A stretch of 61,383 nt of DNA, filler included, from Sphacelaria rigidula (GCA_964200075.2; 9 parts of 9 records of this genome joined end to end with filler, not necessarily neighbours in it); one strand, 5' to 3'. Shown: positions 1-13,706, counted from the whole stretch's first letter. Notes: generated by a model not told the origin, from the letters alone. A program made the numbers and translations.

Positions 1-329
1 AGTTGCTTTATTTTCTGGTATCGCCACTTCCAGAGACAGCCACGTCTTAGGCACTGCCTCATGGATGTCTCACCGGGAGGGAAGGGGGGAAGCAGAATAT
101 CAATCATCTTCACCGCCAGGGTGTGTGGGTCATTTGTCATTTACTGAATCGACATAATATCCATTCATGTGTGATAAACCAGTCAGACGAACCATATCAA
201 GCACTATTCATAATAATGATGATAATGACTATAATAATAATAATTAGTATTACTAGTACTATTAGTGGTATTAGTAGTAGTATTATTGTTATTTTTTTCA
301 TTTTTCTTCATTTACATTCATTTATTTAT

Positions 330-627
330 TAATTTTTTGTCGCACTTTGAACCCCTCCCCTTGCTCCGGACGAGTCCCTGGTCTCAAGGGATCAACCCGT
401 CTCTCCCCGGTACACGCCTTGCATTTTGTACTCGCGAATTGGGTTAGCACTCCCGCACCGCGTCAACTCATGTCAAATAAACTCAGTCAACTACTTTGTT
501 TACTCACGTTCTCACGCTGTCCATGGTGGAAATGAGATATTACGAAAAGAAACAGTGCATCGGGAACCGAACTCTCGTTTTCTCTATTCTAATGGCGACA
601 GTCAGACCATTACACCACCGGGGCGCG
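330..627 (-). mobile_element. tRNA-derived SINE-like element (family 2)
   Basis: The minus-strand head GCCCCGGTGGTGTAATGG...GAGTTCGGTTCCCG resembles Pol III A and B boxes, and there is an A-rich tail. The 3' part (345-415) recurs at ~40820-40890 on another contig. Confidence 0.55.
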
Positions 628-872
628 GCGGCTGCATACTATATATATTTATATATATATAGCACACGTCGGACAGCTCCTGAGCTCCCCTTTCCCTCCC
701 TTTTTCTTGCCGTTTTTGTTCTCCCTGTCGGTACCTTCCGTTTGCCGTCATTTTTCTATCTGTTCTGTTCGGTGTCGGATCGCATCGTGCCGTGTCGTTC
801 CCTCTCCATCGTTTCACGGAAATCAATCCGAAAATCAACCAAACGCGGCACCGCACAACCCGCGCTCCACAG

Positions 873-3800
873 ATAAGGGAGTGTGGCACCGCGATCTCAA
901 GCCGGAGAACCTGCTGCTGGATCGTACCTTCTCGCTTAAGGTCGGCATATTGTTGCGGTTTGCGGTTAATTGACCCTTTGACCACCAGGGCGGGTTATCT
1001 ATTGATTCCGAGGTTTTGTTCTATAAGATATACCCGGATGTAGGAGAATTTTGGTTGTGCATACTTAGCCATGCTGGAATGTGTACCGAACTTTCCGGTA
1101 TGGTCCGGCAGGGTATCAAGACATGCTTTGGAAGGATATTTACCGATTAAGCAACTCCTTTTCACGCTCTCGTAAATACCCGATTTTTAGCCAATATACC
1201 CTACGAAGCACAACCAACAATGTTTCTGCGAGACTGAGGGTAAAGGATATGACTGAGAGTAAAAAGCGGGCAATTAGTGAATGAAATATTGCCGTTCCGA
1301 AACGCCCCTCCACGAGACCCAATATGCTTAATGTAGTATAATAGCTTGTCATTGAGGCCCTTGATATCCTTGAGCAGGGTATCGACGTGTAGCTGTAAGT
1401 ATACGCAAGGGATGGAGGCAAAGAAAAGCACACATGGCGTGAAAAATTGGCCAAGTTGAAGCGAATGATCAAAGCCATTCTCAATCAGCGCTCTACTCTC
1501 AATCTCACGAACCGATGGTTTGCGATGCTAGTGACGGAGAACGCCGGTTGTGGCGACGGGGCGTGTGATCGTCCTCCTCGGGCTCTTCTTGTTCTTGCTC
1601 TTCGTGGGCGGGATCCTCAGCATTGATGACCCTGTCATGCTGCTGATCGTCAGCCGTGATGGAATCTGGAACGCGAAATCATTGTCTGTACAGTAAGGTT
1701 TCTTAAGTCGTCGCCAATAAGGCTACTACCCCTAGGTGTGGGAGTGGTGGTCTCGGGAACTACGGACTTGGCCGTGGGACGTACCTAGACAGTTAGTTCT
1801 TGTGCGGAGGGAGACTCTAGGGTGGAGAGGAGAAGTAAACTCCAGGGGATGTGGGAAGAGACACCGACTGGAGTTGGAGTATGACTATTACTCCGGGGTA
1901 GATAATGACCCGAGGGGACAGACTAGTGTTCCAGAGGGAACGTCCCGGAACTATGCCGGAGGCATGGACGTGCATGGAACAGAGCGAAGGGATCCATAAG
2001 ATGTTCTCGGGAACTATACCGAGGGAGATATGGTCTCCTCGCGGTTGTGGACACGTGGAAGACTTATGGACTACCCTGGTACTCACATTTTCGTGTGTTT
2101 TTTTTGTTAATTCAGGCGCGAAGGTTGTGTTTCATCGTGTTTTGTGTTGAGCGAGATTCATCATCATCATCATCGTTTTTTTCATGTTGTGTCTCCTGAC
2201 ACCCGTGGTGGATCAATTCGTGTGTTCACGATCGTCTATTCTACCGGGAGATGGAGGATGATCTATAGGCTTGCAGGTCAGCGTTCGTGTTGAAAGCAAT
2301 ATGTTCTCGTCTTGGTCCTGTAGCAGTAAACAATGACAGTATCATGAAGGGCGAAACCGGGTCAGCACAAGGGGCCGTTGGTACATGTTCTTGGTCCTTG
2401 CTATCTAGCGCGTATGAACGATCAGGACGTGTGTTATTGAGACAGAAAGACAAAAAAAAGCGGGGAAAAGAAAAAGCGTCCAAAAAAGAGCAAACCAATT
2501 AGCCGCCGCAACCGTAGATCCGCGCAGCGATCAATCAACATGCTCCGTTGTTAGACGCTCGTTCCTTTTCCTCCCTTCTCCTTTTGTTGTCGATAAGATA
2601 CGGCCTCACGATGCCCAAAAAATAATCCCGTAAGTTTGGAGGAGTTTCTTATCTCGATGGGGGCATTTCTTCACTCATCCTAGTGTTTCTCGATGGCGGG
2701 CAGCAACCGATGGTCAAGTTCATAAGCGCGTGTACCGTTAGGATCGGGCCACTAGCGGTTCGACCCCCCCCCCCCCCCCCCCAGAACCGGCCCCAAAGAC
2801 CGCTGCGAATATGTCCCCTAGTTTTTGTTCCAAGGTCATTGCCGTAGCTCATCGAGACGAAAAATACAAGCATGAAAGGGAACAATATATATATCTGGAG
2901 ATGAAACGAAATTGTGTCTCCAAAGCATCATGGTGATCGATCGCCGGGCGGGGTCTGTGGTTGCGGCGACCGATCAACATGCGCTGCTTTTGGACCCTTG
3001 TTCCCTTCCACGCTTCTTCTTTTGATCTCTCGACAAGACACAGCCTAGAGATCGTGTGCATTTGACTAAACAACATTGCGCTCAGAAATCGCAGACCGAA
3101 AGGATGCTTGGGGTATCAGTTGACATGCTGTAGTCGATCCGTCAATCATTCAATCAGTATATGTATGCTAGAGCAAGTTGTGTTGCAATATTTTTTGCGT
3201 TCAGCCGTTTTTTTTTTAATTCGGTCTTGTCAGATGGCATGGTGCGAATCTGCGTGCATGCATGCACACCCAACTTCACACATTTGACTCTTTCTGTAAG
3301 GTGGTTTCCTTTTCCCAAATCGCATGCAATCAAATCAATCAATCGAGTCAATCAAATACCCCCACTTATCGGATTTTCCGCATTTTTCGTAAACTACTCA
3401 CTTGATGATGTCTCTTTTCATCTCTCTCTCTCTCTCTCGTTCACACACGCGCAAAACAACAGATAGCAGATTTCGGCTTCTCCGCTTCCGGCCGCGGTAA
3501 CATGCTCTGCAACAGCATCGTTGGCTCCAAGACGTACATGGGCCCCGAGGTGTTGTCACGCAACTTGACCGGCAACCCTTACCACGGAGGTCAGGCGGAC
3601 GTTTGGAGCGCTGGCGTGATTTTGTTTACTATGCTCTGCGGACACCCGCCCATGGAGATCGCCGCCGAGACCGATTGGTGGTTCCGCGCGCTCAAGGTGT
3701 GTAGTTTGTCATGATCCATTGGAAATTGTGAGGGTATTCGTCATCGAGAACGCCTTGATCCTTCCCACGGAGGACTGACCAACGCGGATGCTGTGGGTAT

Positions 3801-5886
3801 GCTTGAGTTGAATACTCCGGGCTCGTGGATGTGTAGCAGTAGTGTGGAGCACACAGATCGATGAGTCCACTCGTGGAGAGAATATGTGTCTCTCTGTCGG
3901 GACTCGGCAGCTAACGTACTGTTGGATCTTGTAGAATGAGCTCGTGGATTTGTCTACAGGTAGGGGACCGGAATCATTGAACCCCGAGAACATTGAGCGA
4001 GATGCTCCCTGCGGTCATTTGATGAGTACTCTCTTTCTTGTGGGATCTTGTGTTTTTTTGTGTGTGTATGAAGGGCTGACTTTTCTCCCGCGGTGATGGA
4101 GTGCGTAATAATTTGATTCCACAACGTTAGGGGACTCACGAGTGTGATGTTTTACGCGACACGTTTTGTACGTTCATTCGCTTGGTGTGAAGCCTCGCCA
4201 AGGGACTGTCGATCGGGTCTTGTGTCATCCAACATATTGGCAATATTGTACGGACTGTAGTAAATTTTAGGTCAAGCCCCTCACCACTTTTACAACGCGC
4301 TTAACGCTCTGCGCGTTCGTGAAAATACAGTAAAGGTGTTTTTTTGAGAGGGGGGGAGGGGTGGTGGGAGTTGACCCGCGTTGCTTGCAAAACGTGTAGA
4401 GAACAACTCTTCCGAAAATACCATCACAGGGCTAGACTGATAAGTTGTCTGTGCGTTGTCGTCCTATCTATTCTGGACGCCGGTCTACACCTTTTGGTAT
4501 AGGTGGGCGCACCAGCTGGGGTCAAACAGAAGGAAGGCCAACACAGATTTTTATTTTTTATTTTTTAGTTCTCCACCTTTCTTCTGCTGTGCTTGCCCTT
4601 CTTTTTTATCGCGAGAGGGGTTCAGCAGTTCCTTTCCCTCGTCGACAATTAACTCGAATTTCGAATCTTGTGTATCCACGACATCGTCGCTCTCCACTGT
4701 TGGGAATTGTCTGAGAAAAATCCTAGATCGCTCCGAAATTCGAACCCACCACCCAACCGTCAAAGGGTTCCGAGGTTACCAACGGAGCCACCGGGGCGAC
4801 TGGTGTTGTTTATATCTAAAGGTGAAGAAGAGATTCAAGCGCACTTCACTCAAGGCTTGTTTTGAAGGATATTCCAATGATAACATTGACTTTCTCATGT
4901 CCACAGCCCCGCCCCGGACTCATTCCCCGCCTTACCCTTCCACGACACCGCAGCTTCGCAGACACGATTTGTTCTGGCAAAGTCACGAGAAGAACGCCCG
5001 AGAACCGTTCTCGCATGTCGCTAAGGATTTGGTCAACAAGATGCTCGCCACAGACCCCCTCGAGAGGTGATACGACGATTTTTTACAGAGTAGCCGCGCG
5101 CGTTTCGAAATTACATATTTTGTTCGTCCACATGCACTACTATAGTGTAATTTTGTTCGCATGTACAGTACGGTTTTGCTTCAGAATGTACAACGCACAT
5201 TTCTTGTTCACATGTACCGACTTTTGTCTTGCTCACGCGCACCAAATGCTCATTTATCCACACACAAATATTATTGTTTACACACGCAAATAATTCTTGC
5301 GCACACGCACAATTTATTGTATGCTCACGTGCGTAAGAGGAGCTACAGGCAACATAAAGCGGTTTTTGCACAAAATATGTTGCCGATTTTCGTCAAATAC
5401 TCGCAGTTTCCACCATCTAAAGTACAGAGTGCACTCACTGTTTTCTCGCCCGATATTCGAGATCCATGCGACAAAAAGTGGAGAGTATTTTTTTTCTTCT
5501 TCACCTCATGAACGACAGGGAGGGACCGAACGCAAAAAAAAAAAAATCAGCAAAAACACGCAACACAAAAAGTAAGGTAAAAGTATTATAAGTCATATTT
5601 CGAGTGAAACCTGGTGTTACTCATCCGTGACCAAGAATAATAACTACCATCCCCCCTCTCCCATCCCCTACACCCCGTCCCGTCTCCTCGTAACCTCAGG
5701 ATTCAGGTACATGAAATCCTGCAGCACCCCTATATGGTAGAGCCCAAGCCTGCCCGTTCGATTCCCTTGTTGCGATACCACCACTCTCGGGGCGGGAGCG
5801 GGGATGACGCAGACGTGGCACAGCGCGTGTTCGATACCATGTCGGAACGGCAGCGCGCTGCCCTTGCGGCGAAGCGCATGTGCCGC
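873..5886 (+). CDS. Ser/Thr protein kinase (CAMK-like), partial; exons 873-940, 3463-3696, 4954-5066, 5700-5886 (alternative donor after 5911)
   Basis: AG/GT-bounded exons join in phase to give ..KGVWHRDLKPENLLLDRTFSLK|IADFGFS..GSKTYMGPE..ADVWSAGVILFTMLCGHPP..|LRRHDLFW..AKDLVNKMLATDPLER|IQVHEILQHPYM. This covers kinase subdomains VIb-XI. N-terminal exons are not on this contig. Confidence 0.92.
4450..4802 (-). mobile_element. tRNA-derived SINE (family 1), intronic in the kinase gene
   Basis: The minus-strand head GCCCCGGTGGCTCCGTTGG...GGTTCGAATT matches A and B boxes. A colinear ~350-bp homologue lies at 53541-53893. Confidence 0.7.
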
Positions 5887-6639
5887 GTGAGTCCTCCGGC
5901 TGACAGTCGAGGTAAGCAGGTGTTTCCGCCCGGCCGCCATCGCCATCGTCTTGGAGGTCGGCATTGTCGTCGATGAATGAATTAAACTGCACGACGGAGT
6001 TGTGATGTGATGTGGGATTCTGTTCTTCAAATTCAATGAGAAACTCAATGATTGATCGATCTTGTAATCCATTCGACGTATGTTCTTATTTTTTTCTGTG
6101 TTATGCTCCCCTTGTTTCCCCCCATTTAGTCATGGTTCATTCACGGGGTTTTTAGTCCCCGAAGAATACATAATACATTCATACATCCGTTCATACAAAC
6201 ATGGTACATACATCCATTCATAGATAACGCAGATTGATAACGCAGATGTTTCCTCTGTCCAACTTCTGCTCGAAGTGTCTTGAATAATCCAGGCCACACT
6301 CTGACTAATTTAGGCCACCACCATCACCACTATCACTACTTCCACCACTGCTTTTACTACTACTTTCACCACTACTTGTACTATACTACTATCTTCAAGA
6401 TCCCTGTTCCGTGAAGTGAAGCCTCGGGTGGTGTTTATCTTGATTCCTAGTTTGACATGGTTGTTGTGTCCCTTCCTTTCCTTCTCTTTTTTTCCTTCTC
6501 CTCTCCCCCCTTTTTTTTTTGTTTTGTCTCTTGTTTCCCTGCTGTCGAGTTTCCGTCGGCAAGTGTTGCCCGTTTTTGCTTTGCTTACGATCAATCACCC
6601 AATCGATCAATGCCCATGATGAAAGGTTGAACCCACTCC

Positions 6640-6732
6640 CCACTCCCCTCCGTCTCGAAAGGGATGCGTGGTCAATGGTCAAACGACCAAGGCAAGCAAC
6701 AAATGAGTAACCCCCCCCCCACCCGCCCCCCC
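6640..6732 (+). repeat. Poly-C-tailed dispersed repeat (GGGATGCGTGGTCAATGGTC...ATGAGTA + C-run)
   Basis: The same motif occurs at ~20497-20563(+), 28200-28355(-), 28375-28445(-), 28450-28680(-), 47835-47900(+), 49171-49240(-), 51541-51610(-) and 52035-52268(+). Confidence 0.8.
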
Positions 6733-6832
6733 NNNNNNNNNNNNNNNNNNNNNNNNNNNNNNNNNNNNNNNNNNNNTTAATTAATTAANNNNNNNNNNNN
6801 NNNNNNNNNNNNNNNNNNNNNNNNNNNNNNNN
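6733..6832. other. Artificial contig linker (N-run, TTAATTAATTAA, N-run); also at 13565-13664, 20397-20496, 27229-27328, 34060-34159, 40891-40990, 47722-47821, 54553-54652
   Basis: Identical 100-nt spacer with stops in all six frames, recurring every 6831-6832 bp. Confidence 0.98.
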
Positions 6833-7335
6833 AGCGGTGGATTCTCATTTCAAAATACGTTCTTATTTTTCTGGCAACCCTGTTATATGGGAATGAAGGT
6901 CTTGGAGGGAAAATGAGGTCAATATCTGGCACTATGTTTTTTCTGGCGAACGGACTTATACATTTTTATTCAAGTCGACAACGGATAACAGTCTCCTCTA
7001 CAACCGAAGCTGAACTTTATAGCACGGGCGAGAGGAGGAAAGTTCGGTACATACCTTTTCAATCTTCTGCGAGAGCTCGGGTGGTCGTCTATGCGGCCTC
7101 CCACCATTTTTCCGATTCTCAAGGCGCCCTTCATCTTTCTTCGAACGCGAACTATAGTAACAAAAGTAAACATCTGGCGATTAGGTTCTACAGCCTCAAG
7201 GATCTTATCAACAACGACCAACTAATTGTCAACCATGTCAGGACTGGTCGTCAGTTGGCCGACATACTCACCAGATATTGCGAGAAGACAATACACCGAC
7301 GACTCCTTGATGCAGTCGTCGATTTCGAAACGTGA
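6833..7335 (+). mobile_element. Ty1/copia LTR retrotransposon pol C-terminus (RNase H), degenerate
   Basis: RSISG..SSRQRITVSSTTEAEL..SDSQGALHL..KSKHLAIRF..QLADILT are the copia RNase HI motifs. A purine tract AAAGGGGG at ~7423-7430 is a candidate PPT. Confidence 0.9.
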
Positions 7336-8673
7336 CCCTACGAACGTAGGCAACAGGAGTTCGTCATGACCAAGGATTACGTACCAACCGGCGTGAGTCA
7401 TTTTTTCTAGTTCGCCATTTTCAAAGGGGGCGTATCGACTTCCGTACGTCAAACAATAAAACAAAACAGAGCTGGACCCACCACCAACGCACACCCAGTC
7501 ACAACTTTCAAAACACCTCTCTCATCTTCATCTACCAGCATCGTACATCACAACTCCCTTTCTTCAACAAGGAGTGGATCAGGAAACATCTCCAACAACG
7601 CCAACAACGTCAACAACGCCAACAACAACCGTGGACAAGCCCCGCGCAATACTCGCCAGCAGGTGATACACCATGGTGATAACACCAGAAATAACCGTCA
7701 TTCTCGCCAACAGGCGATGAGGAACCATGGTATCACATCACGTGCGAGACCTCGCCTCAACAACATGGCCGCTCAGGGAACAAGACAGACCATTTCCGGA
7801 ACTTTGGACGCAAGGAGTGCCCGGGCAAACTTGGGACGCAAGGAGGAGGATGGCCAACGATCTACGCGCCTACGGACTTTGCGATAAGAGTGAATACGCA
7901 ACTATATTCGATTTTCTGACTTCCCTCAGACAACTGCATTCCATCACGGATATCACGTGTTTTTAGACCCGTGAACTTTTATTTGTTTTACAAGCGCATG
8001 GATGCAAGCAAAACCGGACGATTTCGATGTTCCAATACTAAGGAGAATACACCTTTGTCTGATAATGAGACTATCAAAAGTCGTCTACCCGTCTACACTG
8101 TACCCCACAGAGATGTCGAAGTACGGCAGAGACTTGAGTGTGTCTAGGGGATTTTAAATCCTGAGTGTGCAGTGTTAATATATTATGAGTACTCTCTATG
8201 GATTTGAGGTTGTTGAGTACCAGGGTACATGTGGAGATCGCCATTTGGGCATGTGCGGAGAGATTTCCTTTTATGACGTGTAACCTAGTGAACGGCTGTC
8301 ACAGGGGTAAGTTCGCAGGAGCCCCGAAACTTCCATATCTGTACAGCCGGATCTGGGACCCCAAGGTAACAGGGATCTTCCCAGCGAACCGCTGGCTATC
8401 CCTGGGGATCACTCTTGACCAAGACTCTCAGACTTCGTCATCGGGCTAACTCGCTCGCGCTCGTCGAGCTTTCCCGAGTGATCCACTTTTCCTCAACCCC
8501 ACGACTTACGGTCAATCCTTGACTACATAACCCGAGGGAAATCATCGGCCAGCTTCGACGGTTTCTACCGTCACCGGGAGTCTCACGACTTCCACATTGG
8601 CGAACACCAGTTTCAGACAAGTGTGCGAGACCCTCGGATTTTTTCTTCTCTACCCCACTATACATCGTTCATC

Positions 8674-9267
8674 ATGGGGAGGAACAGCAACAAAAATAGT
8701 GGGAGCAGCAGCGGCGGGTCAATGGGCGCAGGCGCAGGCGCGTCTTCGTCGTCCTCTGCCCAGCCGACGTGTGCTCAAGTAGCACAGGCACCGGCCCCGG
8801 AAAAATCAGTTGCCCCGCCCGCGACCTCCTCGTCGTCCACGCCAGCCGAGCCCTCGTCCTCGTCCAAGCCTGGGGTTTCTTCATCCCCTTCGGAGAAAAA
8901 ATCCGACAAAGGCAAGAAGAGGGCGCGCGACCCTGAGGGGAAAAAACGCTCCCAGGCCGGCAACGCTCCCAGCGACCGGGGCAACCGCTTTTCTCTCCTC
9001 CGCGAGGAGGATGAAAGCAGCTCCGGCCTCGGCGACACGGATCCCGAAAACGTGGGCAGGACCCCCTCATCGCGCTCCGCCACGTTCTCCGACCCGGTTC
9101 CGGGACACATCAAAGAGGCTGCTCTCAAGGTAGCCTTGAAAGCTATGGAACAACACTTCGACAAGGGGACGGATCCTCCTCAGTGGGCTTTGCGAGCGCC
9201 GGGGATGCTGGACTCCCCTCAGGATGTGATCCAGCAAGTACACCAGGTGAACAATGGGGCGGCAATA
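8674..9267 (+). mobile_element. Low-complexity ORF (MGRNSNKN...), probably the N-terminus of a non-LTR retrotransposon ORF1, interrupted by a MITE
   Basis: About 198 uninterrupted GC-rich codons, Ser/Pro/Lys-rich, with an NRFSLL motif (NRFxxL is frequent in LINE ORF1 proteins). It stops at a TA-flanked MITE. The family assignment is inference. Confidence 0.4.
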
Positions 9268-10137
9268 CGAGCTTGGCCAGCCTAGAGGCGGATTTGAAGT
9301 TTGCAGGCCCATGCTCTTTTATACATTTAGAGTTAGGCCCTGAAATTTGGTATGGACAATGCATAGGGCATGAAAAATATATTACTTCCGCACCAAAAGA
9401 TTTTTTTTCCTTCATGAGTTAGGGGCATTTTACTGATACCTGAAAACCGATTATTGCCCTTAACTCATGAAAAAAAAAACACTTTTGGTACCGAAGTAAT
9501 TTTCTTTTTATGCCCTATGCGATGTCCATACCAAATTTCAGGGTCCAACTCTAAATGTATAAAAGAGCATGGGCCCATCAAAAACCGGGTCGGTAGGAAT
9601 TCGGAACAGTATTTCGCAGGCCACTCACCGACCCACGTTTGGTTTTCGTGTATTGAAACTTGGTATAGGCGCTCTCTAAGGCATATTCAACAAAAAAGAG
9701 TGGGCCCGGTTGATTTTTTTCAATTTTTTTCAATTTTTTTCACTGGTTTAGGGCGTTCTACTATGGTAAAGACATTTTGTTCACGAAAACGCCCTGACCT
9801 CTATTTACATTAAAAAAATGAAGACCCATTTTTTTTCATTCGGCTCTCTTTTGTGGTTCTCCACACCAACATTCGTCGCCATCCGCTGAGTGCATCGATC
9901 GGGAGTTTCATAGAGATTCTAGTATTGGCAAGGTATTGGCGCTATCTCCCTCAGGTATAGGAACTACTAGACACGAGGTTTCTTCGACGAGAAAATATGG
10001 GCCCAAACTTTTGAGCAAATGGACACCTTCCCCTTGATGAGACGATTAATACAAAATGCGGATCACGGCTCAACTCGTCTGCGTCGATGAGATATTGCTT
10101 TTAGAGCTTAAAACCGTTTTTAGGCTGGCCCAGCTCG
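9268..10137. mobile_element. Tc1/mariner-like non-autonomous element (MITE)
   Basis: TA|CGAGCTTGGCCAGCC ... GGCTGGCCCAGCTCG|TA gives TIRs with a TA TSD. It has an internal inverted duplication (~9304-9428 vs 9454-9575) and a homologue at 16614-17808. Confidence 0.85.
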
Positions 10138-10254
10138 TAGAGTTTACACGAGTTCGTCACATTTTCGACCGTTGAAACATCATACTCAAATACCCATGGG
10201 TCTCACAGCCCCAACGGCTTGTCGACCATGTGCAGCACGCGCTTTCACTCACAT

Positions 10255-10383
10255 CGGCGCCGCAGGGGGCGTTTTGATCTCTGCTTACGCTCTCAGTCAA
10301 AGACACCGTATGCGCATACATCCTTTGCCCCGAGGGTCCTCGGTATGCCTCGGGTTGGGGTTAGGGTTGGGGTTGGGGTTAGA
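10255..10383 (+). repeat. Telomeric-tailed repeat family, diverged copy
   Basis: CCTTTGCCCCGAGGGTCCTCGGTATGCCTC followed by TTGGGG/TTAGGG units. It matches the junction at 14900-14979. Confidence 0.6.
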
Positions 10384-13300
10384 GCGAAGGGGTAAAATAT
10401 CCTAAATGCATCCAACGTGGAACTTTCACGACGACTTCGCGTGAACCCCACTCAAGCGGTAGCGGTGATTGTACCAGGAGTGCTTGTAATTCATCCGAGT
10501 AACAAGATTTCAGCACATGCATCGGACTAATGATACGCTGTGGGCGACGAACATGCCCAAAAAGTGAAATCATGGCATGTCGTAGCGAATCGGACCAACG
10601 CCACACACAAGAGGCGGCTGCGTCGAGCGCCGCCAATCGGAGAGCTTTCACCTCTACACAGCGACAGCAACAGCTCGCTAGGAATCCAAGATCGTAATGG
10701 CCGAGAAAATGACCCGTTTGTACCCGAGTACGGATAGATGGGGGGAGCTGGGCGAACACGGAAACTGATATACCTGTATTTTTTTATCGGTTGTTGATTT
10801 TTTCCATAGTCCGTGGTCTTGCGGTCCCCCCTGGCTTGTGTGTTTGTACCTGCTCTACTGTACTGTGTCCTTTGGGCTTCGCCACTTCTCTAGTCTTCTT
10901 GTGCTCTGTTCTCCCTTTTCCCCCCCCATCTCTCTCCATATTTTTCAGTTTCTCTCTCCAAACGTTCTTTCCTCCCGATGAATGCAAGTCGCAGTATGGT
11001 GCCTCGCTTCCGTAGGGTTTATGAGGGAGAGCTCGTGGGTGAGAGCTCATGCCCAAAATAGTGTGGCTGAAATAGATGAGCCGCAATCTGCTCCCACAGC
11101 TTTTGGTTTTCTTTTGCTTTAATTGGGCGTGAACGCGTGTGCTTTTGCGCAACACTTGTTCCACCTGAAGCCATGTTGCAGAGGCCGACCACTCTATTTG
11201 CTATTTCTTGTCTACGTTTTGTTTTTTGTTTGTTTATTTTCAGGCTACACTATTTATCTGTTCCACCTCACGGTTTTCTTCATTTTCCTTCAGCGAGTGT
11301 TTCCTTTTCGGTTAATCTCGGGTGCATTAATCATGCGACTACGGCTGGATCCCTGGGGATCAGTTAATGTGCGACAGTCAATCAACCACACCCTGGACAA
11401 TGGATTACATTGCCAAGAATTGTACCGCGTACAGTATGGGTCATTGCGTCTATTGCACTAGACAATATATTCTATACTATACGCAGTACAATTGTTGACA
11501 ATGTAACCTGTTGTCCAGGGTGTGCAATCAATCAAACCGAACCATGAGAACTGATGAAAGGATGCGATATTCAGAGAACCACACGAATGGAGGCGAGATT
11601 TGCGAGCGACTGACGACCCCACCCCCTCTTTCATCCTCCCCGTCCCCTCCTCTCCTTTCCTTTTGTTTTACTTTCTCTTCTTCTAGGCTCGTACTTGGAT
11701 ACTACTATGCTTTGGCTCTTGTCGCGTCTTGTCTTGCCTTGGTTTGTGTTGTCTCGTCGTGTCCTATCCTAACTTGTTCGGTATGTCAACCTGTGTAGTT
11801 TCCCTATTCGGCCTTTTCATGCATCTTCTGGCCCGTCTAGCATGTAACTGACGTTTTGCTCTCATTTTATTTGTTCTTTCGAGTCGTTCATGTTTTTTTT
11901 TACGTGTGCTGTACTTTTCACTGACATCTTTTACAACCGGGGCGCCGTGTTTTCATGTTCGTGGACGTATTTTTGTTTCCCCCCCTTGTATTTTGTCTCG
12001 TTGGGCCCAGGCTTTGTGAGCACGGGCGCTAGATTTCTGGAATAAGGCTAACGTGAGAGACAACAACAACATCAAGAACAACAAACGTAGAGCCTCTTGC
12101 TGGATCTTATTTTGTAAAGCTACCCACTGCCGACTAGACGATGATATATTCCCAGTCTTTTCGTCGTATAATCGAAACAGTGAGCAAGTTTACAAAATAC
12201 GTTCCAGCAAGATACCTCACGGTTATTTGGTAGTGCTCTGTGTACCACCACCGGTGTCTTCGAATCACCATGGTTCGAGTTTTGAGGTTTTTGTTGCCAG
12301 CGGATGACAGAAACACTGACATGGAAACATCACAAAAAGCTGCTGGATCCGCGTACCGGCCAAAAAACAAAATTCTGTGCCAAATCGTGCTTATCTCACA
12401 TAATATCAACACAAGCATTCATCTACGTTGCACAGACTATCCTCTACAACTCGTTGGATGGTGGGCTGACGAATCTCGGGACGTTGTGCGCATCATGTGG
12501 TCGTGATCTCATGTTCGGAACACTGTACAGTCGTATGTACAAAATGTGGATGACTACATACAGTAGTACAGTACAGTAGTCTACCATTCCTCTCATTATG
12601 TATAAATTGCACGACGCTGTCATCAAGAACTCGCGCGCAAGACCACGCTGGGCGTATGTGATGCTGGACGCCCGTTGTGAGACCTTGTGCTTATTGGCCG
12701 TCGCCGCCGGTTGGATCATCTGGCTCATTTAAATAGCAAGTGAAATAAATGTCTATATGTGATAATCTTGGCTCCAGCAGTGTTATTCCTTTTCGATAAT
12801 ATGGAGGGATTTGTGTGGGAGAAAATGTACCTTCTAACAGCTCCTGTCATTTTCCGCAGTTTCAATTGTCTCAGACCAAGAGTGGAGATCATCACGGGAA
12901 GAGGGGTGGGCACTTCCAGCATCAACAGCTCGCTTCACGGGCGGTATGCGGAGGTATAAAAAGCACCACCATGCACGAGACCCGTCACAGCACATATCGC
13001 CGGCGATTGTTACTGAAAAGAGGTCCCGTCCCGGTAGTACACGGCGAAGTTGTGCAGGATTCTTCACGAGTGCTGTTCCTTTTCAATGTTATGGAGGCAT
13101 TGTACTGAAATAATAATTCATCATCCGCGGCGTCAATCGAAGACGGTCATACTCTAAGGCCTAAAATATGCTGAGACTAAAGAGGGCGGACGTCCTTGGA
13201 AGAGAGGTCTCCACACCAGCACGGATACCTGGCGCTAAAGACCAGCTTTCGCGCGTTTAACAGCCGGATGGGAAAGGATGCCTGTCACTATGAATGCAGA

Positions 13301-13706
13301 ACGCGTTTATTGCACGATATGTATCCGCGCAATTGTAAGTTGACACTATGTGTTCCCAGTGCCAGTACAACGAGTACTGTAGAACTGACTGTACAATGCG
13401 AGCCACGCCTCGACAGGGCTAGAATACCCGCGATCCATTCGTGCAAAAAAAATAAATTGCAACTCGCACTCTGTTCTATTATGGAACCAAGTGAAAACTC
13501 TGCACAAGGGTGATCACGCGCCTGCCAGAGAAAGGTAAATATCTTCACGTGGGAGCACACTACGNNNNNNNNNNNNNNNNNNNNNNNNNNNNNNNNNNNN
13601 NNNNNNNNTTAATTAATTAANNNNNNNNNNNNNNNNNNNNNNNNNNNNNNNNNNNNNNNNNNNNACTGAAAAGTATAAAAAAAAAAAAACTTGGGAATTA
13701 AAAAAA

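Noticed and set aside
1030..2100. Possible retroelement gag/LTR fragment in a kinase intron
   Set aside because: No recognisable motif or second copy supports it.
4730..4802. Functional tRNA gene
   Set aside because: A and B boxes are present, but there is no convincing cloverleaf, and it is fused to a repeated ~280-bp body. It is a SINE head.
6777..6788. TTAATTAATTAA motif recurring with exact periodicity
   Set aside because: It is embedded in N-runs and is an assembly linker, not biology.
11500..12085. Possible LINE 3' end with a (CAA)n tail
   Set aside because: Only a short CAA-rich tail in a single copy, with no coding motif. Insufficient support.
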